A stretch of DNA of 64,000 bases from Epiperipatus broadwayi (GCA_028023455.1 JAQFVV010000001.1:12710001-12774000), one strand, 5' to 3'; numbered from the stretch's first letter, positions 1 through 14,030 are shown. Translations and numbers: made by a program. The notes: generated by a model from the letters alone, not told the origin.

Positions 1-2933
1 TTGCTTGTTTAAGAGCAAAATCTTTAAAGGAAATTCTATCACTATATGGTAGTATATTTAACAAGTTAGTTTGGATTGGGGTAATTTTTAACTATAAATT
101 TTGAAAGTGGCAATATACATTATAGCTTAAATAAAAATAGAGTAAGTATAGATCACCTTTACAAGTTAAATGGTAAATTAATTGATAACAGGCAGATTAA
201 AAAAATTAAATGTGTGATTTGACCACCAAGTTTAATTCTCATATTTTTGCAATAATTATTAGATAAACCCAGTGTTTGTAAGAGATGAGAAAATCGTCTA
301 AAAAATGATATGAATTATGATGATGAGGTATAGAAATTTTAATGAATATGGTTTAACTTTATTATTAAATTTGTTAAGCAGTAATCAACTGAAGTGCTGA
401 TTTAATATAATTTCTGAGATATTAAGTGGAATACTTGGAAATGCTGTTGAAATTATCTTACATTCAATAGATCAGTTGCCTAGAGAAAGTTTCCACAGTG
501 ATGATTTGTTAGTTGTAGTGGGTGAGTAGGTGAGCATAATGATTAGAATGTTGACTGGAAGGTACAGCAGAAATCAAACAAAGCTTCTCTTTTAAAACAG
601 AATCCTTCTTAATCAGATTTTGATATAAAAAAAAGTAAACATATAGGGTTTGAAAGATTGTAATTGCACATCATTCAAAAACTTTATTTGATAAAAAAAA
701 TTTACAACCATATTTGAATTTAGCTCAAAAAGTACTTTAAGAATTATAGATTTTAATTTATAGATCATGAATAAAACATGGTTTCCAATATTTTTTTCCA
801 TTACATTTGACATATAATTTTTATTACAAACTTTAAATTTAATAAAATTTAATTACATAGAATTTACCAAGACTATTCATGATAATTCTTTTAATTGATT
901 ATTTCCTAGAACTAAAATAAAAAAAATATGGAATTTTTTAAATGTCTTCAGGAATACTTGACTAATTTTATATATATCGTCCATTGCAGAGCACTGATCT
1001 CTTCTGATGTTTTACAGAGAAACAGTGAAAGCTATATTAGCCAAGCTAGTCAACTGCTGGTTAGTCAGGGTTAATGTCTAGTTAATAGTAATCAGATATA
1101 TACTTGCTGAACAGCAATTATTTGACTATGTAATTGATTATAGGCTTACACTTGCTGAAAAACTCTCAGCCATCTTAAAAAAATTTCCAAGTTTTATCTG
1201 GATACTGAAGCTGGAAATATAGTACATATTTCTGCTTCACCTAGTGCCAATGTCATTAGCACTAGTATGAGTTTGAACCCAACCTTTTATATTAACTGAC
1301 ACCCATCTCATAATACGGGGTAGTATATTTATAATCAATAATATAATCTTTTATCTAATTAATTTGTATTTTATGATTAACTAACCTTTTTATAATAATT
1401 TATTTATTTTATAATATTTGTAAAACTGTATAAAATGTTTATTTTATTAAATTGGCATTGATATGTAATTGAATCCTAGATATCTATAAAATGTTACAAA
1501 TATTTTAAATTCTTTTATTAAAATTCATTTTTCTTAAATTAATCAGTTGGTAACATTTTATATTTATTTTTTGATAAATGTACAGTAAAATTATGTAAAC
1601 AATGTAATATTTGTAAGAAATATTTTGTAAATTTGTATTTAAATTTTATATCAAATATAAGTTTGATTGTCATTGTACCAAATTCCTAAAAATTTTGTGA
1701 ATAAAATTTACATTTTTGTTAATCAAAATCTTAATTAAATAGGCTTTGTTAATACAATGACTGATAAACTTAATATGCTTGTTGCTGTTTTCTTTTAATT
1801 AGCAAATGAACCCTTGGGCCATGTTTAATGCAGGATTAAAGATTTCCCTCCCAAGCAGACACCAACCTCAGAGAACCACTTAGATCAATTGCAATTGGTA
1901 GTTGTTAATGTAGATTGAATCCTATTGATAAGGCTTGATCAGATAAATAGTGGAAAATTTGGATTAAAGAGGGGTTTTTGATTGAAAGACAATTTACTGA
2001 AGAGAGATATATAGTACATCTGCCTAAAGAATGATGGGGTAAAAGATCATGCATTGCTTTCCAGAGATCTATTCCACCAGTTCATCAATGCCTTTCCAGT
2101 GTTCTCAACACCTAGCCTAAGACTGTACTGTGTTAAGGAAACCTGCTAAATGATCTGATTTTATAACTGTCTGTTTCTACCGATTGGTTCTGAGGTAACC
2201 TCCAATTTGCCGCAAGCTTATGATTCTAGCTTACTTTGTTTTCTAAATCAATATTAATTTCTATTATATATATCTGTAATGTTTATACAACTTAATTTTA
2301 AAATGCATCTTTTTTTTTTTTTAAATTTAAAAATATCAATTCTTATAAAAATCTCACATTATTTTGATGCGGCAAATTTAAATTAATTTTTTTTGTTGGT
2401 TTATTTATAATATTGACCTATGGAAACTGCAAGTATAAAACTCAGCGAGCAACTAATTTTAAACCTTCTCCCTCTTATTTTCTCCATTTAAAAATCATTA
2501 TAGGAGACTTATTTCCCTTAAATTAATTAATAGAAAAGCTTGTTTAATTTGGTGCCTTTTATATTATAAATTTATTTTAAATGATTGAAATTGTTTTAAA
2601 AGTTAGGTATCTTATTATTATCTCCAATTTAAAATTGCCCTCATAATTATATCAGAGAAAATAATGTATTTTATTAAATCAGTTAAGTAAAATCTATTAC
2701 AACTTCTGTAAGACAAATATCTTGAAAGAAAATCATTGAAAGCACATTTATCATAGCAGTTTATCAGTATATGTTTCATACATATATATTTTATTTAAGC
2801 CAATAAACATCACATGACCACCATCTCTTATGCTTGTGTATAACTGTTGTTAAAACAGGAAAAACCCACTATACGTATGCCACACACAGCATTAGATCCT
2901 AAGATCTAGATGCAGTGCTCTCAAAAACAAGGC

Positions 2934-2975
2934 TCCTCACTGATGAAGGCCACAAGCCAGAAACTAGTCTGGGGA
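2934..2975 (+). ncRNA. Minimal type I hammerhead ribozyme (family A, copy 1)
   Basis: TCCTCA-CTGATGA-A-GGC-CACAA-GCC-A-GAAA-C-TA-GTC/TGGGGA. Stem I has 6 bp including one G.U, stem II has 3 bp, stem III is the palindrome ACTAGT, and the GUC site ends at 2969. Confidence 0.8.
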
Positions 2976-3387
2976 TATTGGATGAGTAGGCACTAGATGG
3001 GGATTTTATGCACAAGCCTTCTGGCATCCATTGATTACTCTAGCTTGCTGTGTGTGGCATACGTATAATGAGTTTTGCCTGTTTTAACAACAGTTATACA
3101 CAAACATAAGAGATGGTGGTCATGTGATGTTTATTGGTTTAAAACCAATCCTGCCTAATAGGATATTGATGGCTATGGTTATTAAAGAACCAAAGACACC
3201 AAATTGTATGGGAACTGAACTGGGTTCAGACCCATATAACTATATAAGCTGATGGGCTTGAATTGGAAACATTAAAGTGTTTTCAGTTTAAGACTCATAG
3301 TTTTATAGTTAAATGGAGATAAAAGGTGGTTGCTGGAGGGTTGCATTAGATCCTAAGATCTAGATGCAGTGCTCTCAGATCCAAGGC

Positions 3388-3429
3388 TCCTCACTGATGA
3401 AGGCAACAAGCCAGAAACTAGTCTGGGGA
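3388..3429 (+). ncRNA. Minimal type I hammerhead ribozyme (family A, copy 2)
   Basis: Same motif with loop II AACAA. GUC ends at 3423, 454 nt after copy 1. Stem I extends via ATCCAA/TTGGAT. Confidence 0.8.
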
Positions 3430-4471
3430 TATTGGATGAGTAGGCACTAGATGGGGATTTTATGCACAAGCCTTCTGGCATCCATTGATTACTCTAGCTT
3501 GCTGTGTGTGGCATATTATAGTGAGTTTTGCCTGTTTTTATATTTTATTTGTCAGAAAAATAGTAAAAATTGCAATGTATAATTTATTAGGCTGAATATT
3601 GTCAAACTTCACCAGAAGTGAGTTTGATATTTAATGTCCAGTTTGTTTATGTTAATTAAAAGACTGATTTGTATTGTAATCTTCAATGACAAACTATTTA
3701 ATAACTTACTAATACATGAAATATTTGGAAAGTGAGGAAAACAATTTATAATTTAGTTTTAATACTTGCCTTTCTGTTATATTATATTTTATGTTCCATT
3801 CATTAATGGCCTAAGGTTTCTGGGGACTTTCTATTATGTCAGGGAGCTGATTATTTTAATCAGGAATTATTATTTTCATTAGTAATACACTATCTGTATA
3901 TGTCTAAGGCATCATGTATTTATAGCTACAACATTCATTTATTATTATTATTATTTTGCTTTGCTACTTACTCCTCAGGACCTTCAGAAGTTTAAATATG
4001 ACCAGTCCAATCTTTCACTTTCCCTCAAAGTAGACATAGTTCATACCAAGGCATTCTTTTTCAGGCATTGCCATTAAGATGTGAATGGGAAGTCCAGCAC
4101 ATCAAATCTATTATTATTATTATTATTATTCAGAGACATATTTTGGTTGAAGGGCCAGCATTTCTCAACATCCAGCTGTATTTACTAGGAATTTCTCTTA
4201 GCAAAGCCACCTAGAGGTTCATATCAGACCTCATTCATTCGTTCTTTTGTTGTAATCTATAACAGCATACTGCCTTCATCATTTTTTATATCATTATTTA
4301 CAAACCTGAAATGCTCTCTGCGATGATGATACGTCCTTAACAAACCAATCCCAATAAATTAAATCTGACTATATGATTGTCAATTATTTATTTAAAAACT
4401 ACTTTGCTTTCCACACTCATTATAGACAACTGATTTAAATGTAATAGTGTTTTAAATGCACATCTCTCATC

Positions 4472-4476
4472 TCCTG

Positions 4477-4520
<44 letters not shown>

Positions 4521-4562
4521 CAGGATATGACCTATATATATATATATATATATATAATAGGT
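4472..4562. repeat. Two adjacent (TA)n tracts with self-complementary flanks
   Basis: TCCTGTTA(TA)nACAGGA at 4472-4525 is a perfect palindrome. ACCTAT(AT)n...ATAGGT at 4530-4562 is near-perfect. Confidence 0.85.
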
Positions 4563-4711
4563 TTATTTGTAATCTCTTAAAGAGGGCTGTGATATTTTAT
4601 TGCTGATTGGTTCTTGGCAGACCAATTAACAAACTTTTACTTTGTTGTCAAATGCCTTGCATTTAGCCACATCAAAATAAATTCAATAAAATAAACTAGT
4701 TGTATAAACAA

Positions 4712-4755
4712 AACCCAACTTATTTTGTAACCCAACTTATTTTGTAACTCAATTT
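4712..4755. repeat. 17-bp tandem repeat (~2.5 copies)
   Basis: AACCCAACTTATTTTGT at 4712 and 4729, then a partial AACTCAATTT. Confidence 0.8.
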
Positions 4756-7700
4756 CTTAATAAATTCCTGTAATATTATTATTTTAAATAAGCTTAGTTT
4801 GTCATCACTCTGAATCTCTAATATTAATTACTCTATTTATTTATAATATTTCTTTGATTTAAATTCACTTCTTTGTAATGTTGCCAGAAAGAATTCTAAT
4901 TATTACGGTTCAAACCATTAGTAATCTATATCCAATCACATCTGTATTATTCTGCAATTCACTAAATCATTAATTTCTTATATAAACACGTTATTATTTT
5001 GAGTCTCTTTGTGAACCATGATCTCCAGCTGGGACAGAATAAAATCAAGGACTGTTGGTGTCATCACAAACATTATCCATTAGTCAGAGAGGCAATAGTT
5101 CAGGCAAATAGGTTAGGATTCACCATTCCCCTGACATCTGTATCTTGGGTATGGTTGGATTCAAGTACTTTTGCTTGGATTATTGGTCTTGTTGAATGAA
5201 TACATGATTTTGAATGGCACAATACAAACACAGGGCTTTGAATTTTCACATCTAACTACTACTACACCTTAAATTTTTAATATATATACACACCATCTTG
5301 TTTTTTTTTATCATCATCACCCTTTTTAATTATTATTGAATCATTGCAGGATAAAGGTCTCTCCAAGTTTAATCCACTTATCTGATCCATGTGATCTCAT
5401 TCTAGTTCTTTAAAAAAAAATTGAGATTTAATTTAAGACTTTATTGTCTATGTTTTATCATTTCTTCAGCAATATATCCAGCCCAACTCTATTCCAATTT
5501 GTTAATTTTTTCAGTGATAGCTGTTTGTTTTCTTATCAAGGTATTTTGTTTCTATCTCTTTAATTCCAACATATTATCTATCCATACTTTGTTGAGTAGT
5601 CTGAAGTCTCTCTACTGATTTTCTGTTACGTGCCCAAGTCTTAGATCCACACATAAGAACGGGTAAACCACAAATATTAAAAATCTTCTTTTTCAATATA
5701 TAAACACATTTTTTTTTTAATACCATGTTATTTTTACCCCAAATTTATTAAGTTATTTAAGTGTCATACTCAAGGGAAGCTTATAAGCTTTTTATAAAGA
5801 GAGAATAAAATAGACTAAAAACAAAAACTAAAGATGCTTCGTTATATTTGACTTTGGGGGATGAGAGAAAAACAATTCAAGCCTAGCACATTTATATACC
5901 CACATGCACATTTTTTAATTATTAAACACACATTTAGACTGCCTATTTATTTATATACATGATTGTTAAATTAACCTACTTTGTTAATATTATAATGTAA
6001 AAAAAAAAAAAAAGATTTTAATTGAACTAAAGCTTTTTAGAAAATTATAGTTTCTGAGTTTACTTTTATTATTTAATTAACAAATGTTTAAAATAATAAT
6101 AATTGCAAACAAAAGACTTGGTATTTTTATTATTAAAAAAGTCGTTTTACATAAAAACGTTTTCTAATTTTATTATTTAAAAATTATCAAATGATGCCCT
6201 AAAACTTCATTCAGTTTCTTTAATATTTTTTTAACATTCAAATGGTGCGTATAATATTAACTAATAGATCTCAACCATAAAAATTGTCATCTACTTATAG
6301 TTAAACTCTCATAAATAAACAAGTAAATTACTTACATCCTGTTGCTCTTTAAAACCGTCTAAAATGTCAGACTAAAAGATTGCTTTAAAGCTGTATGAAA
6401 GACAACAAAACTAATTATGACAAATTATTTGATAACAGAGTCGTCGGTTGCGATTTGTTAATTAAAAACCATTTAGCTTGAAAATAGTTATAAAGATTAC
6501 CATTTTTTTTTTTTAAAATCAAAACTAATATATAACATATTAAATTACCAATATAAAGTGCTGTATTATCTTAAATTTATGAAATAATCTTTCGTTATAG
6601 GGAATATCAATGACATTTTAATAAATCTTTAAAATCTATATTTTATTGCACTTTATGTTGGATTGAAAAATGAACAGGAACGATATCTATAAGGTTACAT
6701 AACAGTCGAATTGAAGACTTCTTAATGCCCTATGTACAGCTGATAAGCAGAACCTTTGTCGTTCTTTTTACTGCCTTATTGATAAGATATTAAAGACTCA
6801 ATTTGAGTGCTGATATAAAATATGACTCTGAACATCCATAAAATTCTTTTTCAGTTATCCATCTAAAAGACGGCCTAAATTCTTTATTAAATTGCAAAAT
6901 AAAAACTAATAATATAAGCAAATCAGTGTATAATCATTTTATATTTAAGAAGTTTTCTTCTAAATATTTTAATCGCACAGCCTTTTATAAAGTCCTCAAT
7001 GATAATTTGGCATAACAAATTCGCATCTAACAAGCTATTTCAGTTACACAATTTGTGATGATTAATATCTACATGTGGAAAATACACCTACAACTGAATC
7101 TTCTTTTTACAGTTTTTACTAGGCAGAAAATGTAGGGATGTTATGAGTGTAGCTTCAGAATCTTTCCAGAAAAATTAATGTTCAAATCTTCTGATTAAGC
7201 AGTAATTGGCTTTTAAAAATGATGAAACTATTTTTTCAGTTTTACAAATTATTTGGCACATCAAGTAGAAATAAATATCTTCTTATTAATATTTATATCT
7301 TGTTTTTCTTTTTCATCTGGGTTTCAATTTTATTTTCAATTGTATGAAAGATTGTGATATAAAATTGATCTGGTTCCAGATCTACTTCTGATAAATTTTA
7401 TAATATTCTATTTTAATTTTAAATGTTGTGTGGGATTTAAAGGTCTTTGGATTAAAACTCAACCTGTGACTTCTTATGTTCAAATATAGTATGACCTCTG
7501 GAGGAACTTTTTTTTTTTTCCAAATAGATCTTTTAAATTCACATTCTCATTTGTTTTAGAAAACTATTTTTAAAATTTCATAAAAATATAAAAAAATATT
7601 TAGTTCTCTCATAAGTTTTGCAATAATATCTACTAAATATCCAGCACTTCCATTTTGCGATGATGTTTGGATAGACATTCTAAATCTTTCAAAATCTTAA

Positions 7701-10700
7701 AGAAATCTTTCAAAATTGCTTTTGTTGTCATAAAGTGTGCTTCCAATTTTCAAAACTAGTTTTTAAAATTTTCCATTGGATTGATTAGGTTCAAAAACAT
7801 AAAAAGTTCTTACACTTTAGAATAAACTTAATCATTTTAGATCTGAGCAGAACTAATATTTGGTAACTGTGTATAGTGTTCAGAATTTTAGCACTGCTGG
7901 CATAAGATTAACTCTTATAAACAAAATAGTTTCCAAATTTTATGAAAGCCCCGCAGTATCTAATATGCAATTTCCTCATCCTTCTTATTCCAGATAGAAG
8001 TAAGGACTAATTAACCCTTATAGTAGACTATAACCACTGAAAAAAAGTTAAACAGTTATTACAATAGATGTATTAAAATCATAAATACATTTGAAAACAT
8101 TGAGTACAATATTTTTTTTAATTAAAAAAATCATTAAGTATGAACATTTACTAAATAAATGCATCAATGTTGAACTTTCATAGAAAAGACTTTTGTAAAG
8201 TCAGTGTATAATTGTTTGTTGTTAATAATCGTAAATAAAGTTAATAACATTTGAAGACTTGCTTTTTAGAGTTTTATATATACAGATAAAATATCTTTAA
8301 TCTGAATGACTATTATTCAAAAACCGTTATCTTAAAAAAAAATAAAGATAATCTTAAATCTTTTACAGAAATAAATTAATTTATCCATACATGTACAAAC
8401 AACCTTAAAGAAAAAACATTTAATAAATAGTTATAAATTAACAAGACTAATTTCAATGAGCTGTCTGGGTTTTTTTTTTTTTTTATCTTAGTAGAGTTTG
8501 GATTTATGATGAGAGAGCAAAAGTTTTATTTGTGAAATCTAAAAAGTCACAAAATTGAATTAAACCTGGAATCAGGAATTTCAAATTAATAGAGCTTTAT
8601 ATGTATTAGATTTTGAATTAATAAATTAAGACAGTTTAATTTTATTCCAAACCCTTTAAATAAATAAAAAAGGAGGATATAAATTGTCTACTATGGTTGG
8701 TCCAATTTAAGGTCTAACTAAACAAGAATAAAAATAATATTTTGTGATTACTTTAATAGAAATATCAGAATCTTACATAATTCAAGACATTGAGAATTTC
8801 CCAAGTAGTTGAATAATTGTAAGAGTAACTGCTTTTCTGAGAAAGTTAAAAAAAAGAAAAGAAAGCACTCGTATGAATGGAACTTCTGTGTTCTTCCAAT
8901 ATTTTTGTTTTGAACAATTAATGACCATATTCAAAATAAAAATGATCATGATTTCATTAAGAATTAAAAATCAAATTGTATTATGATAAGATATATTTTA
9001 TATTACACTTTTATATAAACTTTACAATTCTATTAATGTATATAAATATATGATAGTAAAGTTTAAAATTGCATATTTTATAAATACCTTGCATCACCTT
9101 TCCTTTCTAACGATCATTTATAAAGAGCATCTGAATAATTTTTTACAGTATATCTTTTTATCTTTATTTCATTGACACGTCTATTTTCGATTATTTTAAA
9201 TAACATATTATAGAAATGTAGGATGGTGTTGGTAACAGTTGGATCACAGAGAGTGAATATCAAAATGTTATTTAAACTGCACGAGAAAACTGTTACAAAC
9301 TAAAGTGAAAATATTAAGAATAGACAGAATGAAATCACATGATCAGAAATCTAAGTAACTAGACAATTAATAATAGTAGTGATATATAGAAAACTAATCT
9401 CTGCCTTAAATATGGTTCTTAAGTGTTCATCAAACACATGCATACACATAAGGGTACATCGCCCACATACACACACATATATATTGATAAATAGATCAAA
9501 ATTACCCCCCTCCCCCAAAATAGATAATAGTAATAATAAAACAATTGTACAACGGAATTTATATAATTGCAATAAAATTGTGTTTAATGTTTATGATTAC
9601 TATAATGCTTATGATATGTTAAAATGAATACTAATCATAAATAGTTTTTAATGTGTAATTACATTGACAACTTCTTTGATTACAGTAGAATATATATATA
9701 TATATTTATAAATGACACTCTTTGCGTCTATTTTTATAACTTTATAAAATGATATGTAGTTTTTCGTTCAAATTAATTTTAAAATTTCAATGTCATAACA
9801 ATAATACCAATTATTTATGATGACTGATTAACAGAGTTGTGACAAGTATAAAAAATTTGTAGCAAATTTTTGAGTAGATAAATATAATAATTACATTTAA
9901 AATTTTTGTCACATAATTTCTACCTGTTATATTTGTTTAAATATATAGGTATATAATAGCTCGCATATTTTGACATTTCTCGAAAGATTACTAACTTTGT
10001 TTATTAATTATGAGTTTACAGCAGATTATATTTCTTTACAAATAATAAAAAATAAATTGTTTAACTTCACAAATATATCTGTCGCCTACTCATTAGTAGG
10101 TATATATTAAATTTAGCTGTAATATGCAGTTTAACTTGAAATCATATGTATGATGCTCTAATAATTAAACAATTTTTATAATAATTTTTCTTCAAATGAA
10201 TTATCTTTGGGATAATATAAATTACACTCTCAAATATACATATATGTACAAGGATTAAAACGTCCTTGTTTTTATTATATATTTAAACAACAATAAAACA
10301 ATTCTGATGTTTTTTTTTAAAAAAAAAAAGAATCAAAAATGGAAATTTAAAGATTTTTTTTTTCTGGACACGCTTTTTCAAAGAGATATTTAGATATGTA
10401 AATATTTTGAAAACCTTTAATCTATTTTGATTAGGGAGAATATCTAAATAAAGTGATTCTACAATACATATATTTAAATTTTACAAAAATTTTATATAAA
10501 TTTTACAAAATATTAAACCATTAAATTATATTAAAGATCAAAAGAGAAGACAAATAAATGAACATATTATATTAAAAATAACTTAAATAATTGTATGAAT
10601 ATTTACAAAACTTCAATAAATTAATTAACAACTGGTCAATTGGAAATGAATGGAAAATTATATAAGGTAATATATATATATAAAGTTTTATAATATATGT

Positions 10701-10716
10701 ATTATTTGTTTTATTG

Positions 10717-10871
10717 TTATGTTATATAGTCAATTTTTTTCAAGTTATATTGAATCTCTGAATGAAGGTTTTATTCTACTTTCTTAATGTATTATTTTGT
10801 TATTTTACTTCCATTATGGAACACTAGATGGTATTACATATGCAATAATTGGTTAATGTTATCATAGATTA
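10717..10871 (+). repeat. Dispersed ~155-bp repeat, copy 1 (copy 2 at 16313-16465)
   Basis: TTATGTTATATAGTCAATTTTT...AATAATTGGTTAATGTTA aligns by eye with 16313-16465 at roughly 85% identity. Confidence 0.8.
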
Positions 10872-11149
10872 ATCCACCATTATATTAATGAAACCTAATG
10901 TAAAAGAAATTTCTTTGAAAATTAAAATCTTATGCCATCTTACAATATGTGACTCCAGCCTATAAATTGTTCACTTTTTGGGCCCTCTAGTTGTTGGTGC
11001 CAATTGTAATGGAAAATAGATATTTATAAAGAGAAATACAATCACTCTAATCATTGGGAACCAATTGTAATGGACTGGACTGTGATCTTATTTAATGATT
11101 CTATAGATTTGGACAGCAATCATAATGAACTGCATCTATGCATTAGAAG

Positions 11150-14030
11150 ATAAATTTTAAGCAGAAATTAATATGGTTTAATCATTATACTTAGCAGGTA
11201 TGACTGGAAGTGCAATTAAATTCAGTGAGTAAGGGACATGTGTTCTTGATCATGGCAGGATTAATTACACACCATGATCTTAGGATCCGATTTCATGGAT
11301 ACACAAGGTTGCGTTATTGATTATGTGGGAAAACAATTGATATGTCGAGGGGAAAGAATTGAATTTAAACAATATGTATTTCATTAATCTTTGGGTTTGA
11401 GTTCTGTTGAGGCAGTCATGACTGATCTTGATATTAAATTCAAGTGAATCAGTCAATTTGCATAAAGAAAAAAAAGAGGCCTTATATCAGCTGTTGTGTA
11501 GATACAAAGATGTGTTCTCAAAATGGCCCAGAATTATTAAGGGGTATATCCATAGGATACAATTAAGTGATCAAGAGCCATTTCTGTGTAAGTCCTACCC
11601 AATACCTTACCAATACAAAAAGGAAGTGGATAAGCAGATTAACCAGATGATGCAGTGGGGCATCATATGAAAATCTGGCTCAGCATTTAACCATCCATTA
11701 GTCATTGTAAAAAAAGGATGGGTCAGCTCACATTTGTTTAGAAGCCTGATTCTTGCATCACAAGATAATTCCAGAACATGATGTCCCACTTTAAAGGAAA
11801 AAGAGTATTTACAACCATGGATTTAACTGCCAGTTATTTGCAAATTTATTTGCATCCACAAGATCAGAAGTTCACTGCTTTTAAGTACAAAGGTCAGTCA
11901 TATGTCTGCCAAGGAATTCCATTTGGATTGAACAATAGTGGGTTGAGTTTGATTCATTGTGTGGATGATATTGTCATAGAACCAAAGAACATACTAGAAA
12001 ATAAGCAGTTTAACCAGATGATGGAATGGGGCATCATATGGAAATCTGGTTCAGCATTTAGCCATCCATTAGTCATTGTAAAAAAAAAGGATGAGTCAGC
12101 TCGCATTTGTTTAGAAACCTGATTTTTGCATCACAAGACAATTCCAGAACATGATGTTCTTCTGGTTATGTATCAACTGTTATCCCACTTTAAAGGAAAA
12201 AGAGTATTTACAACCGTGGATTTAACTGCCAGTTATTTGCAAATTTATTTGCATCCACAAGATCAGAAGTTCACTGCTTTTAAGTACAAAGGTCAGTCAT
12301 ATGTCTGCCAAGGAATGCCATTTGAATTGAACTATAGTGGGTTGAGTTTTACTGTGTGGATGAAATTGTCATAGAATCAAAGAACATACTAGAAAATACA
12401 ACACCTGGAATTGTATCTTCAGGAATGTGAAAATAAAAATATTCAAGTTAACCTGAAGAAGAGTACATTTACTACTGAGGAGATCATCTTTTTGGGACAT
12501 CTTGTGGGAACTGTAGCAAATAAGCCTCACCTTGACAAACTTGTGGCTATATGGGATTTTCCACAACTGGAGAAAAAGAAACAGCTATGTTTATTTCTTG
12601 GAATGTGCAATTTTTATTTATCATTTTTACAGGAACTTTGCTTCAGATACAGTTCATACATCAGAGTTGCTTAAGAAGGAGGTTAAATGGAAATGGTTAG
12701 CTATACATTAAGAAGAACTAAATCAAGTAAAATTGAAGTTTTTGGAAGAAGTAATTTTGCTATCCTAATTTTAAACAGTCCTTCTATATGCAAAACTGAC
12801 AATAGTAACTATGGGCTTGGAGTTGATTGTTTCAACTGAATGAAGATGAAAAACCCTTGGTTTGTATTCTGAGTCATTGGTTAAAGGGGACCAAACTGTA
12901 TTCCTCAACCACTGAGAAGGAAGCCTTAGTAGTAGTGTGAGCCTTTTCTAAGCTTAAACATTTTCTATTGGGGTCATGAATTGTGGTGATAATGGACTAT
13001 AAGAGCTTAAAATTTCTGAATTGTGGATATTTAAATAATGAACATTTAATAAGATAGAGTCTGTTTTTATAGCAGTTTGATTACACTGTAAACTATTGTC
13101 AGGGTGAAAATAACATCCCTGACATTCTCAGCAGGAGCTGAGTTTAGATCAGCATACAAGTAATAGAGAGGATCTGATTTTAATGGCACTCACCTTGGTG
13201 GTGGATGATTCAGTGGAAGAAGACCTAAAAATATAATAGAATTTCAGTGATAGGATCCTAAACTTGGACAAATATTCTCCAGCCTGATTGGTAAGAATGC
13301 ATCATTAGAGATATGAAACCAGCAATTAGCAGGGGGTTGACATGGTATAGATTGTCAAATGGTATGCTGATGTATCAGCCTGATTTTACAAGCCCTAAAT
13401 CATGGAGAATCTTTATCCCCTCTTGTTATGAGGAAAAACTCTAAATCATTGTCTATATGGACATTATGATCCTAGGAAGGGGGAGCACACTGTACACAGA
13501 TTATTCTACTGGCCTAGGATATATGCATCCATACTGGACATGATCCACTCATGTGAGATCTGTTTAAATACAAAAATTTTAAATGTCATATGCAGGAAAG
13601 TGGCAACCTATCTTGCCAAGAAATCCCAATGAGATATTGTCAATCAACTTCTATGGGGCCATTGCCACCATATCACAGATATAAACTTCTACTAGTGGCT
13701 TATAATTTGTTTTCAAAATATTTCACTCCATACCCAGTGAGGAAAACAGCAGCTATTGATATCATTAGAGTATTGATGAACTCTCAGTTTCCTTTAATTG
13801 GGGAAACCTGAATTAATCCTTATGTACCAAGCCACCTCATTTGTATCATTGGAGTGGAAGAATTGGTTAAAGACCCAGAACATTAAACCTGCACTGATCT
13901 CGATACACAATCCAATCTTTGTGAGAGTGTGATGAGGGAACTGAGTTGACTATTTAGAGTGTACCTCACCATGAATCATCATGGTTGGGTAAATAATTTA
14001 AAGCAAGTGTTGTCATACATTAACACAACT
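11150..14030 (+). mobile_element. Degenerate Ty3/Gypsy LTR retrotransposon pol (protease-RT-RNase H-integrase)
   Basis: Frameshifted motifs appear in Gypsy order. Protease end ILGSDF (~11280). RT: HPLVIVKKKD..RICL, DLTASYLQI, PFGLNNS, VDDIVI. RNase H: TDNSNYGLG, TEKEALVVV, GENNIPDILSRS. Integrase: FYWPRIY...CEIC and MGPLP...NLFSKY. Confidence 0.9.

Larger units (their letters stand above)
2797..3538 (+). mobile_element. Family A HHR-bearing repeat (Penelope-like/retrozyme), locus 1: 95-bp inverted arm plus 1.43 tandem monomers
   Basis: 2797-2890 is the reverse complement of ~3047-3140. 2891-3085 recurs at 3344-3538 (period 454). 12-bp direct flanks TATATTTTATTT at 2785-2796 and 3539-3550. 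Confidence 0.9.

Noticed and set aside
3142-3260. Short frame KPILPNRILMAMVIKEPKTPNCMG... as the C-terminus of a PLE GIY-YIG ORF
   Set aside because: The position would fit a pseudo-LTR, but similarity is too vague by eye and the frame is broken in other copies. It needs a profile search.
6336-6390. Minus-strand candidate micro-exon with a GTAAGT donor
   Set aside because: The best acceptor gives stops in all frames, and the alternative peptide (SDILDGFKEQQD) does not match the expected next formin exon or its phase.
7640-8000. Possible Tc1 transposase relic (NSEHY..., NPMENF) on the minus strand
   Set aside because: Only two short motif echoes amid many stops, and no TIRs were found.
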